The notes below the pieces were generated by a model, which was not told where the DNA came from, ran no database searches, and saw only the letters and a program-made list of their open reading frames with translations. This document shows positions 46,997 through 58,606 of a stretch of DNA of 64,000 bases, in pieces; position 1 is the first letter of the stretch, and the number at the start of each line of letters is the position of its first letter. This DNA is from Leucoraja erinacea (Eukaryota): positions 21,948,001-22,012,000 of the forward strand of contig NC_073387.1 in the NCBI RefSeq assembly GCF_028641065.1, given 5' to 3'. The translations under genes and the position numbers were made by a program.

Positions 46997-47020
46997 CTCA
47001 TTGGTAGACAGCGACACGAC
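46997..47020 (-). promoter_or_regulatory. Protocadherin promoter CSE (CGCT box)
   Basis: Exact 24-mer, about 258 bp upstream of ATG 46752. Confidence 0.85.
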
Positions 47021-47613
47021 CAGTTCTTTTCAACAACTGCAGCTACAATTCTTAAAGCTGTACCGCTCTCTTGCACATTTAATTGTGTGCAACCATAAAA
47101 TGCCCTAAATAAATAAACGTTTGAAGAAGGAGCTTTGTTTTACATTTAACTTCGAATATCACATCAGGCACATCCGGATAGGGTTATTACTAAAACATTC
47201 TGTCCGTCTGTTAGAATGCACCGCGATATTCCCAACAAATGTTCCTTGCTTCATAAATAGATTATCGGATATATCGTCTTTGTTTACAGTTGTTGGAACA
47301 CTTATAATCGCTCATCCGGGTAGTAAGAAAATATATTCATATAACGGCTGCATAATTTCCTTTGATATGATTATGCCCATTCCAACGAAAATAATTTTAA
47401 AGCAAAGTTGACCACTTTAGCGATCAAAGGACATAATCATAATTTGATTATCACTTTCCAGATAGCGGAGAAGGTGTTCGTGAACACAATGCTTTCGATT
47501 GGCTAATTGCTGAACCAAATACCTCTATAAAGGGAATGATTGTTGGTGAAATGCATCGTCACGTCCAACCAAGCCGGGTTTATTGACACGTGCATGCATA
47601 AACATTGTGAGGT

Positions 47614-47767
47614 GTAAGGATGAACAGCAGATGCCGGTTTAATCCGAAGATAGACACAAAAAGCTGGAGAAACTCAGCGGGACAGGCAACATCTCTGGAG
47701 AGAAGGGATGTATGACGTTTCGGGTCGAGACTCTTCTCCAGTCTCGACCCAACACGTCACGCAGGGT
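47614..47767. mobile_element. Short Penelope-like/SINE-like insertion (paralog of 2571-2724)
   Basis: Perfect 10-bp TSD ATTGTGAGGT at 47604-47613 and 47768-47777. Confidence 0.65.
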
Positions 47768-48767
47768 ATTGTGAGGTAATGGTAAAATGTAAATCTTCCC
47801 TGCATCAGTTTCACAAGCACAAAACCCGACAGATATCGTGGGAAGCATGGAAAATAGTTATCGTTATGTGTATCACCGCAGGATATATATATTTTTTTAA
47901 TTCTTATTTCAATTCTGCTGCTGGAGTTTGCAGTGGACGATCAACATCGTGCATGATCCGAGCAACGTTTGAGAGGGACAAGTTCTTAATGTCGTGGAAA
48001 GAATCTTAATGAAAATGAATGCTTTTGTCATGTTCATCACTCATTGAACATTTTCTGAAGATTTCTGATGACACAATAGACTAATTGGGTGTCAGTTATA
48101 CGTCTTTCTTCAGTTAGCTGGGTTTCACGTTTTATATTCCATAACCACACAATCTATTTCCATTGACTGAACCATGCGAAACTAGCAAAAAACAAATTGT
48201 AATCAAATCAATATCAACCGAGTAATTGTAATAAAACTTACAAACATTCCGAATGAACACGAAAAACTAGAGGCGACAACAAGAATGGGAATAGACTGTT
48301 TTTCAGTAGGTGTGAGGATGGGGAAGTAAAGGAGAGAAAATAGGAATCTCTCAAAGGCCACCACCAGATAAATATATAAACTCGTCGGAGCGGATCTTAG
48401 GACACAAAATGCTTCATTGCTTCTGTGGTACATGATTAATAACAAGGGAAATTGATATGTTCATGGTAATAAACGGACAGCGAATTGGGGTAAACTAGAT
48501 TTGGTCTTTAAACATGGGAGCATAAATAGACAGGGTTGCAAAGAAGGTAATGGACATGGTCGGCTTCATCGGCAGCGGTACTTGATGAAAGAGCTGAGAA
48601 GTGTTACTGATGCACAAAGCATAGATTTGGCTGGATTTGAATTATTGTTTACAGAGCTAGTCATCATCTTACAGAAATAGTTTGGTCACGCCTGAGAAGG
48701 AGCAGGCCAGACACCCAAGAACGTTGCCAGGTTATGCGGGTTTACGTTATCGAGGGGAAAACTAGAA

Positions 48768-49023
48768 GATCAGAGTATTGCGCGTTGTTTGACTTTTACC
48801 GGAATTTTGCCCAACGTTGAAAAAAACTGGGATCGATAGATTTCACCTTCTGATAAAAAAAAGATCCGAAATGTCTGACCAGAATCGGCATCTATGCGAT
48901 TATTTTGGTGATCAGGTACCCCTGAACCCGCTGACTGGGTTACGGCCTCCAGTGCTGCTGATCCACCCTGGTCCGAGGGTGAAACTATTACAGGCGCGTT
49001 GTCATTTTGTCCAGAATGTTTCA
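48768..49023 (-). pseudogene. Degenerate protocadherin EC6 fragment (paralog of 3738-4000)
   Basis: QNDNAPVIVSPS and DADSGQ remnants. The EC5 part present in copy A is deleted here. Confidence 0.75.
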
Positions 49024-49029
49024 CCCAAC

Positions 49030-49515
49030 TGCATAGAAACATACAACATAGGTGCAGGACGAGGCCATTCGGCCCTTCGAGCCAGCATCGCCATTTATTG
49101 TGATCATGGCTGATCGTCCCCTATCAATAACCCGTGCTGCATTCTCCCCATATCCCTTGACTCCACTAGCCCCTAGAGCTCTATCTATCTCTCTCTTAAA
49201 TCCATCCAGTGATTTGGCCTCCACTGCCCTCTGTGGTAGGGAATTCCATAAATTCACAACTCTCTGGGTAAAATGTTTTTTTCTCACCTCAGTCTTAAAT
49301 GACCTCCCCTTTATTATAAGACTGTGGCCCCTAGTTCTGGACTCGCCCAACATTGGGAACATTTTTCCTCCATCTAGCTTTCCCAGTCCTTTTATAATTT
49401 TATATGTTTCTATAAGGTTTCCCCCTCATCCTTCTAAACTCCAGTGAATACAAGCCTAGTCTTTTCAATCTTTCCTCATATTCCATTAGATTTCTTCATT
49501 GCCTGTTGTACCTGC
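49030..49515 (-). mobile_element. CR1 LINE 3' fragment (paralog of 4238-4972, internally deleted)
   Basis: ORF 49021-49362 (TRGHSL..FTQRVVNLWNSLP). Confidence 0.85.
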
Positions 49516-51387
49516 CTAACCTAATTGCAGTAGTTGGAATCTAGAACTAAACACAAAGTGCTAGAGGATGCGAGCTGACCGGCTGAATTCCATTAACACT
49601 TTGTGGTCTGTTGCAGTCTAATATTGTTCCCATACCAACAAATTAAGCAAGGGAGACCTTGTTGAAGTAGATATTCTTTATCATTTTTTTGTTAATTTTA
49701 GGAGATTAAAGCGAGTTAGTGATTTTTTTAACGCTTTCAATGTCACCAGCTGATTAAGCGAGTTTGCCTTTCAAGTAAAGAGTTCGCGCATAAGAGAATC
49801 GTCAACTCCAAATCAAGAAGTTATTACCAGGAGCTTTTCCTACCGTCACTTAAAATTTAGAAAAATTGTATATTTGGATTGCTTCTGTCAGATGTGTCTG
49901 CATTACTGCGCGCATTATAATCCAGGAAATCAGACCGATATTATGGGAAACAACGAATTTCGGTATCGGTGCGTGCTGGAACGCGGAAGAGTTGGTGAAT
50001 TTCTGAAGTCCTCTTTAATTTGTGAATCGCTGTGTCATTGTGCTTTCCTTCCACACATTCACTTCGTGCAATCCCCACATAAGGGACTCAATGACGCATT
50101 GATCCATGGAGCTTTCTTTATTAAACATTCTTTATCCTTCGAGAAAAAATATTTCTAGTTACCAAACCTGTCGCCTAAATTTAAGCTTTACAATAAACGC
50201 CATTCGCAATTTCGTAGCTGGGATTTTACATGTCATTATCGACAGAAACATTAGAATTGATATCCCAGGAAGGGAGCAATTAATGTCAAAATAAATTAGT
50301 TACAAATCGAAACACAGCAAGATTTTATCCTTTGGCATAAAATTGAAGGCCTTCAATGCGTTAGGCCAGACGTGAGCTGCTTCCGTTATTCTACTATTTT
50401 AATTCCCGCAATAATACTGATGCGCCAAGCTCATTTTACGCACTTCTCCATTGATGCTGTTTCACAGCTCTTTCCTGCTATATCTTATTTGTGCTTTACT
50501 CCATCGTCTCTTGTACTATATCGTCGACAAGACTGCCTGGTCTACATCTGATCTGTTCAAATATCCGCACATTCATTCTACGGAAGATTATAGTGGTGAA
50601 GTGGCCAAGATTTTTACATCCAGGCAGATAGCAGGTTAATCGTAAAGCACCCATTCGTCAGGAACTCCACTGAATGAAACTTTACTGAGGATTTCCGAAG
50701 CCACAGTGGTCAAATACTGTTTGGATGCCAATTTTCTTGCTACTTTGAATTTGGGATTTTTTATTTCCTATCTGCAGATATGGTTATTAATGATTACGTC
50801 ACGCGAACCTAGCAAATATCAAATTCTAAGACAAGGAATATTAATTGTAACAATACGTGCGAAATCAGTACAAGTAAACATGAACAATTAGGAAATAATA
50901 TAAGGAATAAAATCAAAGCAAAGTGTGATTCGGAAATCTTTGTATTAACATAATTCTGGAGATGAGCCAGTTAGCTTTGAAATGCCGAATTATTATTTTT
51001 TAATGGTATGTTATATTGCCAAATGAGGCTTCTTTTTTTTCTTAATAATTTCGGCTGCAGAGCAATATACAATTACGTCAACTCATTTGACCCAACTATG
51101 AAATCTCATCTCTATAAAACCACTAACAGAAAAGGCATCAAAGCCTCATCTGGCCGTTAATTAATTGAGGAAAGGTAAACGAATAACGGAACAGCTTTGG
51201 GACGCTTCATCAGAGCTGGGAAAGTTGAAGGTAAGTTCGTTTACGTCGGGGAGCGGAGGATAGAAAATATGAATATCTCTCAGAGGTTAAGACCAAATAC
51301 CTATGTGCAGCGGCAGAGGTAGCAATGAGGATTGGTTTATGTTTCATTGGTTCTTTGGTACATCGCAAAATGTTTCTCATTTATGAG

Positions 51388-53253
51388 AATGGAAACTAGT
51401 AGATTAGCTATGGATACTATGAGTTTCAAAGTAAAAGAAGTACTGACACTTTTGAAAAATATAAAAGGGGATAAATCTCCAGGTCCTGACAGGATATTCC
51501 CTAGGACATTGAGGGAGGTTAGTGTAGAAATAGCCGGGGCTATGACAGAAATATTTCAAATGTCATTAGAAACGGGAATAGTCAACTGTTGGGCACAAAT
51601 GCAGGAGTAGCAAGATGGGTAGCAACAGTGGCTGAATGGGAAAAGCCAGAGGGTAATGGTGGATGGTTGTTTGTCGGGTTGGAGGCAGGTGACTAGTGGG
51701 GTGCCTCAGGGATCGGTGTTGGGTCCTTTGTTGTTTGTCATGTACATCAATGATCTGGATGAAGGTGTGGTAAATTGGATTAGTAAGGTGGATAGGGGTT
51801 GTTGAGGATTGGCGTACTGCGCATGTTGTTCCATTCTTTAAAAAGGGTTCTAAGAGTAAACCTAGCAGTTATAGGCCTGTTAGTTTGACTTCAGTGGTGG
51901 GCAAATTAATGGAAAAGATACTTAGAGATAATATATATAAGCATCTGGATAAACAGGGTCTGATTAGGAACAGTCAGCATGGATTTGTGCCTGGAAGGTC
52001 ATGTTTGACTAATCTTCTTGAATTTTTTGAAATGGTTACTAGGGAAATTGACGAGGGTAAATCAGTGGATGTTGTCTATATGGACTTTAGTAAGGCCTTT
52101 TGACAAGGTTCCTCATGGAATGTTGGTTAAGAAGGTTCAACTGTATAAATGCAGGAGTAGCAAGATGGGTAGCAACAGTGGCTGAATGGGAAAAGCCAGA
52201 GGGTAATGGTGGATGGTTGTTTGTCGGGTTGGAGGCAGGTGACTAATGGGGTGCCTCAGGGATGGGTGTTGGGTCCTTTGTTGTTTGTCATGTACATCAA
52301 TGATCTGGATGAAGGTGTGGTAAATTGGATTAGTAAGTATGCAGATGATACCAAGATAGGGGGTGTTGTGGATAATGAGGAGGATTTCCAAAGTCTCCAG
52401 AATGATTTGGAAGAATGGGCTGAAAGATGGCAGATGGAGTTTAATGCTGATAAATGTGAGGTGCTACACCTTGGCAGGACAAATCAAAATAGGACGTACA
52501 TGGTAAATGGTAGGGAATTGAAGAATACAGTAGAACAGAGGGATCTGGGAATAACCGTCCCTAGTCCCTTGAAGGTGGAATCTCAAATAGATAGGGTGGT
52601 AAAGAAAGCTTTTGGTATGCTAGCCTTTATAAATCAGAGCATTGAGTACAGAAGCTGGAATGTAATGTTAATATTGTACAAGGCATTGGTGAGACCAAAT
52701 CTGGAGTATGGTGTACAATTTTGGTCGCCCAATTATAGTAAGGATGTCAACAAAATAGAGAGAGTACAGAGGAGATTTACTAGAATGTTGCCTGGGTTTC
52801 AACAACTAAGTTACAGAGAAAGGTTGAATGTTAGGTCTCTTTATTCTCTGAAGCGCAGAAGGTTAAGGGGGGGACTTGATAGAGGTCTTTAAAATGATGA
52901 GAGGGATAGACAGAGTTGATGTGGATAAGCTTTTCCCTTTGAGAATATGGAAGATTCAAACAAGAGGACATGACTTCAGAATTAAGGGACATAAGTTTAG
53001 GGGTAACATGAGGGGGGTCTTCTTTACTCAGAGAGTGGTAGGGTGTGGAATGAGCTTCCAGTGGAAGTGGTGGAGGTAGGTTCGTTGGTGTCATTTAAAA
53101 ATAAATTGGATAGGCATATGGATGAGAAGGGAATGGAGGGTTATGGTATGAGTGCAGGCAGGTGGGACTAAGGGAAAAAAGTTGTTCGGCACGGACTTGT
53201 AGGGCCGAGATGGCCTGTTTCCGTGCTGTAATTGTTATATGGTTTTATGGTTA
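51388..53253 (+). mobile_element. CR1-clade LINE, 5'-truncated, present only in duplication copy B
   Basis: KSPGPD, QHGF..RSCLTNL, YMDFSKAF, GVPQG and YADD motifs. Ends in a GGTTATAT-type tail with TATGAG on both sides (51382-51387, 53254-53259). The empty site is at about 8447. Confidence 0.92.
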
Positions 53254-54270
53254 TATGAGCCTTGCAGGACAGGCCACATCCAGTGAACGTAAATGACTTT
53301 GAGTTTGATGGTCAGAGAGATATTATGGCTACTGGAAAGCAGTTCTTTGAAAATGAGATCACAGTGAAACAGGGTGGTAAAGAAGACATATGACATGATG
53401 GCATTCATTAACTTATGGACTGAGTAAAAGTAAAGAGATGTATTACCATTGAACAAAAGATTACTTCGGCCACATTTGAAGTATTGTGCACAGTTCTGGT
53501 CAACACGACATAGGAAGGGTGTGATGAAGCCAGGGAGGGAGCAGGAACAATTCCATGGAATATGGTCACAAATGGAGGACTGAAAGCAAACGAGCGCAAC
53601 TTGATCCTAACAGTTAAACCGACTGCAACGTTCACTCGTTTTGGCCTCATAGCACCAGAGTTTCAGTTCTTTCAGAGCTAACTCGTTTTCTCGTCCACCG
53701 GTACTTATGAATGGACCCGCATTGGAAACAAGACCTTTTATGTTTCCACATGTGCTGCCCGAGATGCCGAGTGGCTCCAGGAATTCAGCAATCGGTGCTC
53801 AAAGGGACTTGGGAGCACCAACACTAAAAGCTTCCATAAAAGTTAATTTGCAAGTCGAATTGGTAGTAAGGAAGGTGAATGCGATGTTTGCATTTATTGA
53901 TAGGTCTAGAATACAAAGATAGGGATGTAATGCTGTGGCTTTATAAGGCACTGGTCAGACCGTATTTGGAATAATGTGTGCAATTGTTGGCCCCATATCC
54001 GAGGAATGACGTGATGGCGTTCTCGATGATAGGGACGAGGTTTACGAGAATGATCCACAAATGATTGGGTTAACATACGATGAGCGTTTGGCGGCACTGG
54101 GCTTGTACACACTAGAGTTTAGAAAGGCGAGGGGGAAATTTACCGAATAGTGAATCGTCTGGATAGAGTGGTTACTTCCACTAGTGAGAGAGGCAAGTGC
54201 CAGAGGCGATAGCCTCAGAATAAAAGGAGAAACGGAGGAATTCCTTTAGTCAGAGCGTTCATTGTGGAAT

Positions 54271-54406
54271 ACTTCTTCGGTGGTGTGGCGTGCACAGCCT
54301 AAAGTTGTTGGACAACGTGTTCTATTTGATCTTCGGTTTGTGCACGCCGAGTTGATTGCATTCGTCGAAACAGGGCGGACGACGTGAAGGTTGCAATCTA
54401 CCACCC
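54271..54406 (-). mobile_element. Short retroelement 3' end with TSD (paralog of 9462-9598)
   Basis: CATTGTGGAAT at 54260-54270 and 54407-54417. Confidence 0.7.
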
Positions 54407-55792
54407 CATTGTGGAATCCATTGCCACTGACGGCAGTGGAGGCCAAATCACTGGATATTCTTAAGGTGGAGATTGATATGTTCTTGATTAGTAAGGGTGT
54501 CATAGGGAGAAGGGTTGAGAATGGGTTTGAGAGGGAAATATAGATCAGTCATGTTTGAATGACGCCGTAGACTTGATAGGCCGAATGGCCTAATTATGCT
54601 CCAACATCGTATAAACATAAACGTGTTTTCCTACTCAAGATATACAAACAGGAGACCCCGGCTAGGCCCATTCTGTTTTTATATTCGTGTGTTAGTGAGC
54701 TCATATTTATCTACTTCGACTCCATCTTGCCCATGATTCTTGTCCCTCATCATCAACATTATAAGACATCTGAGATGCATTTCAGCATTTTTGGCCTCAA
54801 ATCATATCATGGACGTCCAGTCTGTTGTCACTTCCATTGCCCATTAAGAATGCCTCAGAGCTCCCATTTTCTTCCTGGAACAGAGGCTCTAAAGAGGTCA
54901 CCTCAACTGTGCCCCTCCTCTGCCTGGACGGCCAACAGCTTTTCATTTGAGTTCTCTCAAGTAATTTTCAATCCAATTATTATTCACAAATATTTTTGCC
55001 AACTCCAAATCGATCAAGCCACCAGCCACATCTTCCTATCTCCACCCGATTTTGCTTTCTGCAGAAGGCCAGTACCTCCGCGACTCGCTGCAGAAGGTCA
55101 GTCCCTCCTCGACACATCTCTGAAAACCTACACCACCCTTCACCAGGCAGTTTTCCGTGCAAATTCGAGATGTGCACCACCTGCTCCTGTACTTCTCCTT
55201 CAAATCCAGAGGGGTCTAAACAGCCATTCAAAGTCAGGCAGAGGGTTGCATACACCTCTTACAGCTTCGTGAATACATTTAGTGCTCCTCACGTGGCCTA
55301 ATCTACACCGGGGGACGAATCTATCAACCCTTCCTTACCTGGCATCAACTTGCCAACTCTTAGCACGCCACTTCAATGCACCTATTTATTTCTACCAGCT
55401 ACACCTTCTGTACTTCACGCTTGAGACATTGCCCCAACCCAATGCGTTATCCGTCCATATCCTTCCGCAGATGTCTACTGACCCCAGAAGCTTGTTCATT
55501 TTTTTGCACAAGATATTAGCATCCACACTCTCATCTGTTTCACGTGCATCAAATATTGAAATTATTGTCATCTCCATTATTTATTTAGTTATTTTCTACA
55601 TTGGACATGATATGGAATATGCACACGACAAATATTTTGGTCGTAATTTTAAAATGTTATTACTTTAACCATATGAATGGATTCAAGATCCTGAACGTAA
55701 TTGATCTAGTAGCAATGAATTTCTATACGTGGTTCAATGAAAGGTAAGAGGAATCCCGTCGTACTTAACAGTTCCCACTCAGACGAGCGTAT

Positions 55793-55798
55793 TTTATT
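55793..55798 (-). terminator. Candidate AATAAA for unit 8
   Basis: About 163 nt downstream of the stop at 55961. Confidence 0.45.
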
Positions 55799-55960
55799 TG
55801 CTAAACATTATGTTTTGCCATTACAACAAATGCACAATATAAACGAAAGCGAAATTGCACCAAATAATATAATCTTAAATATTTAATTCACGAATGAAAT
55901 CACATTCCTTGAGATTAAATGGCCCCAAATAAGATGCGTCTTACTTGAGGTTACGCATCT

Positions 55961-58339
55961 TTAGGCCTGAGACGTGGGAGCGCCGCATGGCTTCAAGAAG
56001 AGGAAATCACTTTTCGCTGACTCTGGAGACAGGCAGACCGAATATTGATGCGGTTCCGGCACGCGGACCACCCGGCCCGTCCCGGGATAGCGTAAAGTTT
56101 CCTCCATGATAGGTCTTCCATTAAGCGTGCCGTGCAAGTCTCCACGATTGTAACAATAATTGGGGGTGTTGTACCCTTGGATAATACTTCTGTCCTGTTT
56201 ACACTTGATGCCAATCAACAGAACTATGATCAGAAGAAAGACAAGGGAAGTGCAACTGAAAATGATGATTAAATAAACATTTGGATCAGCGAAATATTCT
56301 GGATTTTTCATCAAGGTGCTGCTTTCGGTGATTCCTTCAGTACTGTTCTCCAAAACTCGAATGTTCATTGTAACAGTACTGGACAGGCTTGGCTGCCCAT
56401 TGTCCTTCACCAAGATGACCAGAGTTTGTAAAGGATTATCGGACTGCAAAATATTCCGCTCTGTTCTGATTTCTCCGGAATTTTGCCCAACGTTGAACAA
56501 AGTGGCATCGGTAGATTTCGTCATCTGGTAAAAGAGCCGCGAGTTCTGACCAGAATCTGCATCGGTTGCCATTATTGTGGTAACCAAGTATCCTTGACGC
56601 GCTGACTGGGGCACGACCTCCGCTGCTGCTGATCCACTCTCTTCTGAAGGTGAAACAATAACCGGCGCATTGTCATTTTGATCCAGGATTATCACATTCA
56701 CCGTGGCGCGGCTGCTTAATGGAGGCACCCCGGCGTCACGGGCTTGTACTTTGATTTGGAAGTTTTTGAAATTCTCATAATCAAAGGAACGCAGCGCGTA
56801 AATCGTTCCGTTTATTGGGTTAATGGTCAGGTAAGTGGATACCGGCAGGTTTTGGATGTGATTGTTCACAAAAGAGTAAGAAATATAGGCATTCTGCTCC
56901 TGATCATCATCTAGTGCAGTTAATGCGAAAATGGATGCACCTGGAGCGTTATTCTCCATCACATAGACATTGTAGGAGGATGCAGCAAACCGCGGGGCGT
57001 TGTCGTTTACATCGGTGATAGCAATTCGGATGGTTTTATTAGATGTCAGTGAGGGCGACCCCAAGTCCCATGCCGTAATTACTAATATATATTCAGAAAT
57101 CTCCTCACGGTCCAACGTTTCACTGGTAACCAATTTCGATGGTGTTTCTATTCTAAAGGGGACGTTCTTCGGTATCTCGCAGCGGAATTGGCCGTTCTCG
57201 CCAGAATCGCGGTCAATAATATCAATGAACGTTATGAATGTTCCTGGTGGAGCATTTTCCGGAATTTTGTTGGAAGCTGATGTCACCTTAATCTCGGGTG
57301 CGTTGTCGTTCACGTCAATTACTTTGATCAGCACATTTGCGTGTCCAGTAATTGCAGGTGAACCGTGGTCTACAGCTTGAATATCTAGAGAATAGCTAGT
57401 TGCTTCTTCAAAATCCAGCGGTCCTTCTACACGGATCTCCCCACTATCTGGGTCTAAACTGAACAAATTACGCGCTCTTCGCAAAGCAACATCACTAAAA
57501 GTGTACGTTAGCTCCGCATTCATTCCTTCGTCCGCGTCATTTGCATTGACTTTCATCACAATGGCACCTTGCCGAGCGTTCTCACTTAAGCTGCTCCTGT
57601 AAATATCATGATCGAACACTGGTGGATTATCATTAATGTCCAATACAGTAATGAGAACCTGAGCTGTGCCTGATCTCTGAGGTATCCCACCGTCAACCGC
57701 TGTAAGTAAGAGTTGATATGATGATTGGACTTCTCGGTCTAAATATTTCTCTAACAGTAACTCGGCTACCATAATACCATCTTCTGTTGTATGCGTTTTT
57801 AGACTAAAGTGCTCATTGGAACTGATTGTGTAGGCGGTGACGGTATTTATTCCAATATCGGGATCTTCCGCGCTCTCAAGACGGAAACGTACTCCGGGTG
57901 CAATCGCTTCAGATATCTGTAAGGCGATGCTTCCGTCTCCGAAATTCGGAGGATTATCATTGACATCGAGAATCTCTACTTCCCCGCGGTACACCTCCAA
58001 AGGATTTTCTAGTGTTGTTTTAAAATATATGGTACACACGTCTGCATGCCTACAAATACGTTCCCGGTCGATTCTTTCACGAATAGATAATACCCCATTG
58101 TCTGAACCAACCTTCATGTACCGTCCTCCATCATCAGAGCTGAGTCGCAATTTGCGAGCCGACAATTGCCGTACGTTCAGACCCAGATCTAGAGCGATAT
58201 TTCCAACAATAGCGCCTTCTTCCATTTCTTCGTGAATAGAATAGCGAAGTTGCCCAGTAATTAGATCCGGTGCACATACCAGTAACATACACGCAAACAC
58301 ATTGCAGGCAAACCTCGTTTTTTGGTTTTTGTACGCCAT
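55961..58339 (-). CDS. Clustered protocadherin (gamma-C5-like), unit 8, 792 aa
   Basis: Intact ORF and recent paralog of unit 2 (26 amino-acid differences by manual count). Confidence 0.95.
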   Translation of the reverse strand: MAYKNQKTRFACNVFACMLLVCAPDLITGQLRYSIHEEMEEGAIVGNIALDLGLNVRQLSARKLRLSSDDGGRYMKVGSDNGVLSIRERIDRERICRHADVCTIYFKTTLENPLEVYRGEVEILDVNDNPPNFGDGSIALQISEAIAPGVRFRLESAEDPDIGINTVTAYTISSNEHFSLKTHTTEDGIMVAELLLEKYLDREVQSSYQLLLTAVDGGIPQRSGTAQVLITVLDINDNPPVFDHDIYRSSLSENARQGAIVMKVNANDADEGMNAELTYTFSDVALRRARNLFSLDPDSGEIRVEGPLDFEEATSYSLDIQAVDHGSPAITGHANVLIKVIDVNDNAPEIKVTSASNKIPENAPPGTFITFIDIIDRDSGENGQFRCEIPKNVPFRIETPSKLVTSETLDREEISEYILVITAWDLGSPSLTSNKTIRIAITDVNDNAPRFAASSYNVYVMENNAPGASIFALTALDDDQEQNAYISYSFVNNHIQNLPVSTYLTINPINGTIYALRSFDYENFKNFQIKVQARDAGVPPLSSRATVNVIILDQNDNAPVIVSPSEESGSAAAEVVPQSARQGYLVTTIMATDADSGQNSRLFYQMTKSTDATLFNVGQNSGEIRTERNILQSDNPLQTLVILVKDNGQPSLSSTVTMNIRVLENSTEGITESSTLMKNPEYFADPNVYLIIIFSCTSLVFLLIIVLLIGIKCKQDRSIIQGYNTPNYCYNRGDLHGTLNGRPIMEETLRYPGTGRVVRVPEPHQYSVCLSPESAKSDFLFLKPCGAPTSQA

Positions 58340-58582
58340 TGTTCCGCAGTCAGCTAATGTCCAAAACCACGCCTCTCCTCGGGTGATCCGTAAAAAATGT
58401 TCTTACCACAAGATAAAGAAAATCACATATCCTGAAAGCCGTAAGGAAACACACGGTAAATCTATCCTTCTCTGCTTTATTCTGCCACCAAAACGCGGCC
58501 ACTGCTCGCCTTTCTCGTCGCGTCTGACGTTTTTATTCTGGGCAGTGGGAGGGGCAATGGATCCATCTGTGCACTGGAGCTT

Positions 58583-58606
58583 CTTATTGGTAGACAGCGA
58601 CACGAC
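58583..58606 (-). promoter_or_regulatory. Protocadherin promoter CSE (CGCT box)
   Basis: CTTATTGGTAGACAGCGACACGAC on the plus strand, about 257 bp upstream of ATG 58339. Confidence 0.85.

Noticed and set aside
54727-55272. 181-aa ORF in the copy-B-specific patch
   Set aside because: Non-ATG start, no recognisable domain, and the DNA looks like decayed repeat sequence.
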